Source: an uncultured Candidatus Saccharibacteria bacterium | GTDB lineage: Bacteria > Patescibacteriota > Saccharimonadia > Saccharimonadales > AWTP1-31 | DNA length: 61,770 nt | Direction of reading: 5' to 3' | NCBI GenBank assembly: GCA_964643545.1 | Contig: CAZXTE010000005.1 | Coordinates: forward strand, 1 to 61,770 | In this document: in pieces, positions 9,022-19,200 of the stretch | Numbering within the stretch: the stretch's first letter is position 1 | Layout: each line of letters begins with the position of its first letter | Program-made: the position numbers and the translations under genes | The notes under the pieces: model-generated | The model's database searches: none | What the model was told of the DNA's origin: nothing | The model's input: the letters and a program-made list of their open reading frames with translations, nothing else

Positions 9022-9074
9022 GCTAATATAATAAACTAATATACAAAAATAGTCAAACTATACTCCTGTCGACT

Positions 9075-9644
9075 TTAATAGTCGATGCCTGGATTTGCGA
9101 GAAATTTATCGTCGTAGTGGTGTTTGAGCTTAGTCATGTTAGTGGCAATGTCTACTTTGACTAGCAAATCTTTCGGGAAGTTTCTGCCCGTTAAGCACAG
9201 GCTTGTCTGTGGGTGACGATTTTTGAGAAGCGTAGTAAGAGCTGACTTTGGCAACAAGCCATCGTGGACGGCATTATTGATCTCGTCACAAATAACAAGA
9301 TCGTACTTACCTGACGAGACAGCCTGCTGTGCTTCTTTTAGTGTATCCTTTGCCGCCTGCTTGTGCTGCGCTGCAGTAATATGCCCGGGGCTTAGGTCGC
9401 CAGCTTGGAAGAAGCCTTTCCCGCCTTTATAAAAGTACAACTGGTCTTTATACAGGCCTTGGATGTCGCGGATAAATACGTGTTCCCCAACGCCCCAGTA
9501 CTTAATAAATTGTATAAATGCTACGTTCCAGCGACTACCCAGTGCGCGTACCAGTAAACCAAGACTTGCGCTAGTCTTCCCTTTGCCCTCACCGGTATAA
9601 ACAATTACAACAGATTCTTTTGTCTTAAAATCTTCGAATGCCAT
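9075..9644 (-). CDS. Cob(I)yrinic acid a,c-diamide adenosyltransferase (CobA/CobO/BtuR family)
   Basis: 189 aa. P-loop GEGKGKTSASLG, FIQFIK, the DLVICDEIN Walker B-like segment and LTGRNFPKDL match the family layout. Confidence 0.8.
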   Translation of the reverse strand: MAFEDFKTKESVVIVYTGEGKGKTSASLGLLVRALGSRWNVAFIQFIKYWGVGEHVFIRDIQGLYKDQLYFYKGGKGFFQAGDLSPGHITAAQHKQAAKDTLKEAQQAVSSGKYDLVICDEINNAVHDGLLPKSALTTLLKNRHPQTSLCLTGRNFPKDLLVKVDIATNMTKLKHHYDDKFLANPGIDY

Positions 9645-9650
9645 TATGGG

Positions 9651-9875
9651 CTATTGTAGCGCAGCGTCTATTTTGGGTCGATCAAAACCGACAACTATCG
9701 TGCCATTGATATCCAGAACGGGAGTCACCACCTGGCCTACGTGTGTTTGCACCCACTGTGCTGCTATTGGATTTTCACTTACATCTGCGACTTTAAAATC
9801 AACTTTTTTCTGCTTTAGGTACTCCATAGCCATATGACAATATGCACAGGTTGGAGATGAGTATACAGTTACCAT
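9651..9875 (-). CDS. Glutaredoxin/NrdH-like small redox protein
   Basis: 74 aa. It has an N-terminal beta strand plus CxxC (VTVYSSPTCAYCHMAMEYL) and ...TPVLDINGTIVVGFD, a thioredoxin-fold signature. Confidence 0.75.
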   Translation of the reverse strand: MVTVYSSPTCAYCHMAMEYLKQKKVDFKVADVSENPIAAQWVQTHVGQVVTPVLDINGTIVVGFDRPKIDAALQ

Positions 9876-9930
9876 AACACTTTAATTATAGCATGGTGAG
9901 CATCTTTTCTGATGAAAATAATCATACATA

Positions 9931-9959
9931 TTGCACCAGATACCAGCCCCTGTTATACT
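9931..9959 (+). promoter_or_regulatory. Sigma-70-type promoter of the atp operon
   Basis: TTGCAC (9931-9936), an exact 17-nt spacer, then TATACT (9954-9959). Confidence 0.6.
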
Positions 9960-10036
9960 GAGCAAGAAATGAGCATGTTGAACGCCGCCATTCGTATGAC
10001 GACGACTGACCTGATTGGGACTCCCAGAAAGGTCGC

Positions 10037-10888
10037 ATGTTAAACGTACTCTCGAATTTTGCTAATAGCGATGGACCACACATTGCGCTGAGTCCAGAAA
10101 AGATTACCAGTGTGGCAGGCTTCACTATCAGCAACTCCTTTATTTACGGTGCTCTATGCGCACTACTACTTAGTATCTTGCTTGTATCGGTTCGGTTGAA
10201 GATGCACCTAAAAGCTGCCCGGGGTGTAGGCCAAATAGTCGAAATCTTGGTGGAGTTTATTATTGGGCTCGTCGAAGGCCCGCTAGGATCACGTGCAAAA
10301 GCCGTAAAATATGCCCCAATCTTTGGGACATTTTTCTTGTTTATTATCTTTAGTAATCTTATGGGGCTATTGCCTATTGTGGGGCCAGGCGTTTTCGCTC
10401 GAACGGCCGAGGGCAACACCCCGCTATTTCGTCCCTTTACTGCCGACCTTAATGGCACCATTGTCATGGCAGTATTTGCAATTGTCACGATTCAGTATCT
10501 ATCGATCAAAGAATCCGGTTTTATGGGACACCTAAAACACTACTTCACTGATAAGCCGTTCAACCCGATTAACATGTTCATTGGCATTTTAGAGGTATTT
10601 GGAGAGTTCACTCGCATGATCAGTTTAAGTTTGCGTCTCTTTCTAAACACCGCTGTTGGTGAAATTCTTATCAGTGTTTTTGCCTATATTGGGAAAGATT
10701 TTCGTTCGTTTACCATATTGCCAGTTGCGACATTTGAGATGTTGGTAGCTGGTATTCAGGCGTACGTATTTACCGTACTGTGCGCTACATATTTAGGCCT
10801 GGCGATTAGTCATGGCCATGACGATGAACATTCCGCCCATGAAGTTGACCCTGTGGTCGCCGCATTGGAGGGGGATGTTAGCCATTAA
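10037..10888 (+). CDS. atpB: F0 ATP synthase subunit a
   Basis: 283 aa polytopic protein. LSLRLFLNTAVGE carries the conserved essential Arg of subunit a. It is the first gene of an atp cluster. Confidence 0.9.
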   Translation: MLNVLSNFANSDGPHIALSPEKITSVAGFTISNSFIYGALCALLLSILLVSVRLKMHLKAARGVGQIVEILVEFIIGLVEGPLGSRAKAVKYAPIFGTFFLFIIFSNLMGLLPIVGPGVFARTAEGNTPLFRPFTADLNGTIVMAVFAIVTIQYLSIKESGFMGHLKHYFTDKPFNPINMFIGILEVFGEFTRMISLSLRLFLNTAVGEILISVFAYIGKDFRSFTILPVATFEMLVAGIQAYVFTVLCATYLGLAISHGHDDEHSAHEVDPVVAALEGDVSH

Positions 10889-10955
10889 TATAAATAATTC
10901 CATAGACTGTTCGCATGCGGGCACCTATGGCAATAAGGGATAAAAAGGAGTAACA

Positions 10956-11222
10956 ATGGCACCATTACTAACAAGATTTGCTGCGGAGACTACAGAAGTA
11001 GTGTACCGTGGTGGATGGAACCCAACTGCAAGCAAGGCATTTATGCTGGCGTTTGCATTTGGTTGTGCAGCTATCGGCCTCGGCATGGTAGGTGCAAACT
11101 ACATGAAAGCTTTGGGTCGTAACCCAGAAGCTGGTAAGGCCGCTGGTCAGGTTGTGATTATCGCAGCTATGATCGAAGTCACCGCACTATTAGCCTTCCT
11201 TGGCTCATTAATCGTCAAATAA
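10956..11222 (+). CDS. atpE: F0 ATP synthase subunit c
   Basis: 88 aa helical hairpin with loop GRNPE and the ion-binding Glu in AAMIEVTALLAF. An AAGGAG Shine-Dalgarno lies upstream. Confidence 0.9.
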   Translation: MAPLLTRFAAETTEVVYRGGWNPTASKAFMLAFAFGCAAIGLGMVGANYMKALGRNPEAGKAAGQVVIIAAMIEVTALLAFLGSLIVK

Positions 11223-11236
11223 AGGAATAACTACGT

Positions 11237-11785
11237 ATGCTTGAGCTATTAACAATCACTACATTTGCAGAGGCTGTTGCCGAAGAAAAAACCGGCATTG
11301 CCGTACTGGGAATAGACCCAAAAGTTTTGCTTTTACAAGCAGGAACATTTGTGTTGCTCTTTCTGGTTATAAAGAAATTTGCACTAAGTAAGATTGTTGA
11401 TACGCTCGAGCAACGGCGGGTGACTATCAATAAAGGCGTTGATCTTGGCCTGGAGATGGAAAAGAAAAAGGGCCTTTTTGATGAAGAGCTCAAGAAACTG
11501 CAGCAAAAAGCACGTGAGCAAGCCGACAGTATTATTGCTGCCGCAAACAAGGAGTCTGCCGACATAATCAAGGCGGGTGAAGCAGACACCCTTGTAAAGA
11601 TTGATCAAATGCTCAAAGACGCCGAAGCACGAATTGAGCGCGAGATGAGCAAGGCACGTCAAGAGCTCAAGGCAGACATGCTCGGATTGGTTGCTGAAGC
11701 AACCGAAGTGATCGTCCAGGAAAAACTCGATGCGAAAAAAGATGCCGGTCTTATAGAGCGTGCCCTTGGAAGGTTGCGCGCATGA
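11237..11785 (+). CDS. atpF: F0 ATP synthase subunit b
   Basis: 182 aa with one N-terminal TM helix followed by a long charged helix (EELKKLQQKAREQADSII...). Its position between atpE and atpH supports the call. Confidence 0.85.
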   Translation: MLELLTITTFAEAVAEEKTGIAVLGIDPKVLLLQAGTFVLLFLVIKKFALSKIVDTLEQRRVTINKGVDLGLEMEKKKGLFDEELKKLQQKAREQADSIIAAANKESADIIKAGEADTLVKIDQMLKDAEARIEREMSKARQELKADMLGLVAEATEVIVQEKLDAKKDAGLIERALGRLRA

Positions 11786-12165
11786 CTATAACAAACAAGA
11801 TGCTCGCAGAAGCAGTATTGCACCGGCTCAATGAGGGTGCCACTATGTCTACTGTCGCCAAAGAACTGGCGGCCTATGTTGTCTCTGCGCGACGGACAAA
11901 AGATGTGGATGCTGTTCTGCGCCAAGCGATTCGTTTGCAAGCAAACGATGGCAATGTTGAATTGACGGTGACGACGGCGCACGGGCTTGGGGCGGATGTC
12001 CGTACACAAATCGAGAAGCTGTTTGCAGCAGATGCAAAGCAAGTGATCATGAACGAAAAACAAGACAGCGCTGTACTTGGCGGTGTGTTGGTGGAATCGG
12101 CCGAACAACGGTTAGACTTGACCATACGCCGGCAACTACAACGCTTAAAAGGAATGGGAGTGTAA
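11782..12165 (+). CDS. atpH: F1 ATP synthase subunit delta (short form)
   Basis: 127 aa. The C-terminal VLGGVLVESAEQRLDLTIRRQLQRLK matches the delta/OSCP C-terminal signature. Its start overlaps the atpF stop by 4 nt. It is about 50 aa shorter than typical bacterial delta subunits. Confidence 0.8.
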   Translation: MTITNKMLAEAVLHRLNEGATMSTVAKELAAYVVSARRTKDVDAVLRQAIRLQANDGNVELTVTTAHGLGADVRTQIEKLFAADAKQVIMNEKQDSAVLGGVLVESAEQRLDLTIRRQLQRLKGMGV

Positions 12166-12168
12166 TAC

Positions 12169-13716
12169 ATGGCAGCCGTGTCAGTAAAAGAACTATCTTC
12201 AGAAATCAAACAGGCCATCGACGCCTTAAAGGCAAGTCCTGAAGTCGAGAACGTTGGCATCGTTACTCGAGTTGGTGATGGTGTTGCATGGATCTATGGT
12301 CTTAGCAATGCAGGCTATTCAGAAATGCTTGATGTTGAAGGCGCAAATGGCATCGTGCCCGCCTTCGCCCTCAACCTTATGGAGGATGAGATCGGCGCCG
12401 TGCTCATGGGAGACGATATCTCTGTGAAGGCTGGTGCGCGCGTTAAACTCACCGGGAAAGTGCTCGAAGTCCCTGTTGGCCCAGAGTTGGTTGGTCGTGT
12501 CGTTGACCCACTTGGTCGCCCGCTTGACGACAAGGGGCCTATCAAGACAAAGCAAATGGGTCTGATCGAGCGCGGGGCGCCCGGTGTATTAGATCGAAAA
12601 TCTGTTCATGAACCACTCATGACGGGGCTTATGGCAATTGATGCCATGGTACCTATTGGTCGTGGACAGCGTGAGTTGATTATTGGTGATCGTCAAACAG
12701 GAAAAACAGCAGTTGCTCTCGACACGATGATTAACCAGTTCAAACAAAAAACTGGTGTTATCAACATCTATGTTGCAGTTGGTCAGAAGCTTAGTAAGGT
12801 TTCTCGACTGGTTGAGCGTCTAAAGCGTGAAGGTGTGATGGATCAAACGATTGTTGTCGCAACGGGCGCGAGCGACCCTGCTTCCTTGCAGTATCTTGCA
12901 CCGTATGCGGGTGCAGCCATGGGCGAGTACTTTCGGGATAATGGTCAGCATGCTCTGATCATCTTTGATGATTTAACAAAACACGCTGTTGCCTATCGCC
13001 AAATGTCACTTTTGCTGCGACGGCCGCCAGGGCGCGAGGCCTACCCAGGTGATGTGTTCTATTTGCACTCTCGTCTACTTGAGCGTGCAGCCAAGCTGAG
13101 TGACGAAAAAGGCGCAGGTTCGTTAACGGCTTTGCCGATTATCGAAACACAAGCGGGTGATATTAGCGCCTATATCCCAACAAACGTAATTTCGATTACG
13201 GACGGTCAGATCTTTATGGAAACGAGCTTGTTCTACCAGGGTATTCGCCCTGCTGTCTCGGTGGGTCTATCGGTGTCTCGTGTTGGTGGCGCGGCACAGA
13301 CAAAAGCTGTTAAGAGTGTGGCGGGCTCACTCCGACTGGATCTTGCTCAGTTCCGTGAACTTGCAGCCTTTGCACAGTTTAGTACTGACCTAGATGCAGA
13401 TACTAAGTCTAAGATTGAGCGTGGCCAACGACTTACAGAACTTCTGAAGCAGCCTCAATATTCACCATTGTCTGTTTGGGAGCAAACGGCGTCGTTGCTT
13501 GCTGCAACGAAGGGCGTTTTTGATCACTTGCCCGTAAATACGATCAAAGACGTACAGGCAAGTCTTCTACATACGCTAAGAAGTGAGCACAAGAAACTAA
13601 CCGAGCAGCTCGATAAGGGCGATAAGCCTTCTGAAGAAGTGCTCGAAACAATTGTGCGTGTTGCAAAAGCAGCCGCCGCAACCTATGCCGATAAGAAAGC
13701 AGTGAACAAAGGCTAA
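12169..13716 (+). CDS. atpA: F1 ATP synthase subunit alpha
   Basis: 515 aa. Walker [12 protein letters not shown], plus ...[47 protein letters not shown], a nearly invariant alpha-subunit block. Confidence 0.97.
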   Translation: MAAVSVKELSSEIKQAIDALKASPEVENVGIVTRVGDGVAWIYGLSNAGYSEMLDVEGANGIVPAFALNLMEDEIGAVLMGDDISVKAGARVKLTGKVLEVPVGPELVGRVVDPLGRPLDDKGPIKTKQMGLIERGAPGVLDRKSVHEPLMTGLMAIDAMVPIGRGQRELIIGDRQTGKTAVALDTMINQFKQKTGVINIYVAVGQKLSKVSRLVERLKREGVMDQTIVVATGASDPASLQYLAPYAGAAMGEYFRDNGQHALIIFDDLTKHAVAYRQMSLLLRRPPGREAYPGDVFYLHSRLLERAAKLSDEKGAGSLTALPIIETQAGDISAYIPTNVISITDGQIFMETSLFYQGIRPAVSVGLSVSRVGGAAQTKAVKSVAGSLRLDLAQFRELAAFAQFSTDLDADTKSKIERGQRLTELLKQPQYSPLSVWEQTASLLAATKGVFDHLPVNTIKDVQASLLHTLRSEHKKLTEQLDKGDKPSEEVLETIVRVAKAAAATYADKKAVNKG

Positions 13717-13719
13717 TTC

Positions 13720-14721
13720 ATGGCATCACAGCAGCAGCTAAAACGACGCATCGGTAGCGTGAAGAACACCAGGCAAATTACAAAAGCTATGGAGTTAGTC
13801 AGTGCCAGCAAGATGCGTAAAGCCCAGGAAGGCGCTATGAAGGGTCGTGAGTATGCTGCGCTTTCGCAGCAGATTCTTTCGCGCCTTCGTGAGTTGACTG
13901 ATGTCAGTGAGCACCCTCTGTTTGATGTGCGTGAAGCACCAAAGGCCCGGTTACATATTGTTGTCACAAGCGATCGTGGTCTTGCTGGAGCATATAACGC
14001 CAATGTTCTAAAACAATTTGCGAGCGAGGTTCGCGCAGATCGTGACGACGGTCTCACAAGTTATGTGATTACTATTGGTCGTCAAGGTGGAACATTCGCC
14101 GGCAAAGTGGAGCACGTGCAGAGTCTTGCTGCCTATACCGACTTCCCTGAGCACCCAACCGCCAACGATCTAAGGCCCATTCTCGACACCGTTATCTCGG
14201 CATTTATAAAAGGTGCAAAACGCCCACAAGAAGATCAGGACAAAGAGGTTGATTTTGGTAGTTTCTACGAGTCGAAAGAAAAAGAAGCCGAGATCCCTGA
14301 GCCGGTACCAGCATCTGAAGAAGAGTTAACCGAGCTCCACGTTCCGGGTGTTGATTTTGTGGATATTATTTATACCGACTATAAATCCAGCATTTTGCAA
14401 GAAGTAAAATCAACCCGGTTGTTGCCTGCTGCGTTTACGGATGTAGTTATCGAGGCTGACCTCGAGCAAGCGACCTTCGAGCCAAGCACCGGCGCAGTGC
14501 TCGAGAGCGTGACGCAACGTCTGGTTGAAGTGCAGTTGTACCAAGCGCTGCTCGAAAGCATGGCAAGCGAACAGAGTGCTCGCATGATGGCAATGAAGAA
14601 CGCCAGTGATAACGCCAATGATATTATTGGTGATCTGACCCTTGCCTTTAACACAGCTCGTCAGGCTGCAATTACCCAAGAACTTGCAGAAATAACCGGT
14701 GGTGCTGAGGCGATTAAATGA
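13720..14721 (+). CDS. atpG: F1 ATP synthase subunit gamma (with acidic insertion)
   Basis: 333 aa. N-terminal LKRRIGSVKNTRQITKAMELVSASKMRKAQ and C-terminal ARQAAITQELAEITGGAEA are gamma signatures. There is an extra acidic segment ...KRPQEDQDKEVDFGSFYESKEKEAEIPEPVPASEEELTE.... Confidence 0.93.
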   Translation: MASQQQLKRRIGSVKNTRQITKAMELVSASKMRKAQEGAMKGREYAALSQQILSRLRELTDVSEHPLFDVREAPKARLHIVVTSDRGLAGAYNANVLKQFASEVRADRDDGLTSYVITIGRQGGTFAGKVEHVQSLAAYTDFPEHPTANDLRPILDTVISAFIKGAKRPQEDQDKEVDFGSFYESKEKEAEIPEPVPASEEELTELHVPGVDFVDIIYTDYKSSILQEVKSTRLLPAAFTDVVIEADLEQATFEPSTGAVLESVTQRLVEVQLYQALLESMASEQSARMMAMKNASDNANDIIGDLTLAFNTARQAAITQELAEITGGAEAIK

Positions 14722-14750
14722 ACAAACAGTATGCAACTAAGGATGAATAA

Positions 14751-16139
<1,389 letters not shown>

Positions 16140-16202
16140 ACGCTTCACGTTTGCTGGATCATTTCCAAGGGTCTAAAACCTAAGCGCCTGAGCGGCTGCC
16201 CG

Positions 16203-19200
16203 TTACTTAAGTACTGGCAGGCTGATTGAAGCAGTTGTCCCCTTGCCTGCAACACTCTCTATACCCAGGTCTCCCTTGAAGGCATGTAAGATCATCCTAC
16301 TAAGGTATAGGCTTAGGCCAGCACCCTCTTTGTTGAACGTTTCTGTATCGTCTATACGGCCGAACGGCTTGAACAGTGCGTCTTTTTGCAGCTTACTCAT
16401 ACCTACCCCATGATCGATCACGCTAACGGCAACTTTGCCACGGCTGACGTGTGCTTTGATGGTAATATTCGACCCCTCTGCGCTAGCATCGATAGCATTA
16501 CTTAGAAGCGCCTTAACGGTAAGTGATAGCAGCGTTGGTTCGATACGAATCTGTGGGTTGTCGTCCAGACCGGCGATATCAACATTCAGCTTCTTTTCCT
16601 GGATCTTGCCCACGAGCTCTTTGACGGCATCGCCGATAGCATTATTGACGTGCACAGGTTTAACGACACCGGTTACTTTGCTATTCTCTAGCTGTGTTAC
16701 GAGGCGGAATGATCGAAGTAGTTCATTGTATTGGTTTACGCCTTTCATAATGTAGTTTCGATACTGTTCGTTCGGTACTTTTGCAGTGAGTTCCTGTATC
16801 TTCTGCAACGAGAACCCAATTGAATATTGTGCTTCACGGATAAATTCGCTTCGCATTGCATCCAGTCGTTTCTCGAATCCAATAAGTGCGACCATGCGTG
16901 CATTCTCACGCTTGATCATCAGATTGTTGTGGACGGTGCCATATAGAAGTTGAACAGTTAGACCTAGCCCAAGAATCTGTGTCGCAAAATTCACTGGCGA
17001 TGTGCGTACGCCACCAATGACAACGAAGAATAGATAGAAAAAGCCGAGTGTTATTGCCAGAATGATTGCCGGAACGGCAAAGTACTTATTGCGCATCACA
17101 TCTTTTCGAGGGACCTTGTAAACGGGAGTGGTATCAAGCGCTTTTAGTTCTGGCTCATTTTCTACTTTTTCCAATAAGACCTCTGTTGTTTTCGAGAGAT
17201 TCTCGGCTGATTGTGCCAAGACCTTATGAGTTTCTGGGTGCGTATCTGTCTTTGCCATCTCGATACCGCCGCTAAGCACCGTGAGTGGCGTGCGGAGATA
17301 ATGGCTGATCAACTGCAGGAAATTATTCTTCTCAGTTGCAAGCAAGCTAGCAAATGCCAAGCGCTCATTTACGGTACGATTATGTTTCAGTTCACGGCTC
17401 GTCTGATAAAGAAAGCTTGCGATGACTGCTAAGAGTAAGATAAGCAAGATGAACGGTGATGCCTCTAGAACCGTGCGGGGCAGCGACGCGGTGAAGCGGC
17501 GAATAGCAGCCACGATGCGGCGTAGCATCATTACTGTGCCGTTTGGTTTTGCTTTATTGCGAATGTCGCTTAAGGTTGTCCGAGCGGTTGGTGCGGGATT
17601 GTCGATGGGTGGAACCACGACCGGGCAGGTATTTGTCTGTTCGCATGTTTTGGGGGGCTCCGGACATGTATTTGTTTTGGCGCAACTGGTTGTCTCGCCG
17701 AGCGTTATGCCTATATCGTCCGTGTACTTTGCGCCGGGAACCTCACCACTAAAGTCGTCGCCAACTGTAAAGTAGGAGAAATCTTTGTTGAATAGTTTGT
17801 TAGTGAACAAAGTATTCTCATCTCCTTGGGTTAATCCGAATAATATGGTTGGGACGTACAGCTTAGTTTTATCAGCGTTGAATCCCACACCGAATGGTAT
17901 TGTTAAGATGGGGCTATCCAGTGCATTTGGGTTGTATGAGATTAGCTCATTGAGTTTATCTGTATAATAACTGGGCACCAATACATCTTGACTGTTTGCA
18001 AGGGTTTTGTTGGATAAATTGAGGCTGGCGACTTTTGTGCTAGCGCCAGTCGACATATACAAGCGCAGACTTTGCTGATCTGGAGACAGGGCGCCAATGA
18101 TATAGAAATCAGTCCCCGGGATAGTTATCGTGTCTTTCAGTTGCCCTGTGAGTGTGTTGATTATCGTTACGGTAGTGCCGTCGGTCTGGACCGAAGTATC
18201 CGTTCCCACAATGTAAGCCTCGTTTCGCTGGTCATTCACGTACACAGACCGTGACTCCCGATTGTCTACTTCTCCAATCGTTACTACCGACCCTGACGCT
18301 AGATCAACCGTGGCAATTTGATGATAGTAGGGTACGACTAATTTCTTGCCATTTTGCGCCAAGCGAGAAAACATGTTTGGTGGCAATGCGTCAGAAAAAA
18401 CCGCGTCGTTGGTGGGCGGCAAGGTAACCTCGCGTTTTAGTGCACCGGGCAGTAGCGTACTGGTCTTACCGCTTGCAAATAACTTCTCGGTATCGTAAAC
18501 AACGATTTTATCTGCGCGAGTTGCAATTAGTTCTTTGCTATCGGGTGATAACATGTATCCCACCCCTATGTCTACTCCACCCTGCCACGAGACCGTGTCA
18601 AATTGAAAGCTCTTGGTTACTTTGTTCGTCTTAGTGTCCACAAGCCACAAGTTGACGCTTGGCTGTTGTTGGCCCATCATCGCCTCGAATATATTGCCCA
18701 GGCCGTACACTAAAAGATTCTTGCCGTCGCTACTCAGCTTGCTGTAGTAGCTGATCCCCCCGTTTGGAAGGGCTATCTTGCCGCTAAAGGCTTCTTTCTC
18801 GGTATCAAAAACGTCGATAATACCAGGCTCTTGCATCAAGCCAAGCGGGCTTAACAGCATTCCGTATAGTCCAAATTGGCCTATGTACAGGTTATTCTTT
18901 TTGTCTCTACCATATTCGGCGTGGATTGAGTGTTTGCCAGCATTTAAGGTGCTGGCTTTAATGCTCCACTTGCCCTCTTTCGTTGCCGTTGTCGTACCCA
19001 GAACATTACCATCAATAGAAACGGATATAACTGAATCGCCAGGGGATGTACCCGTTATCAGGGGGTTCTTTTCCGTCAACTGTTCGTCGTTACGCGGGCT
19101 TGTTATTTTGATGCCGTCTCCACCAACTTTTATCGACTGCTCTACACTTTGCGTCTGGTCGTTTACCGCGAGGCTAGCACCGAACATGAAGGAATTAATA

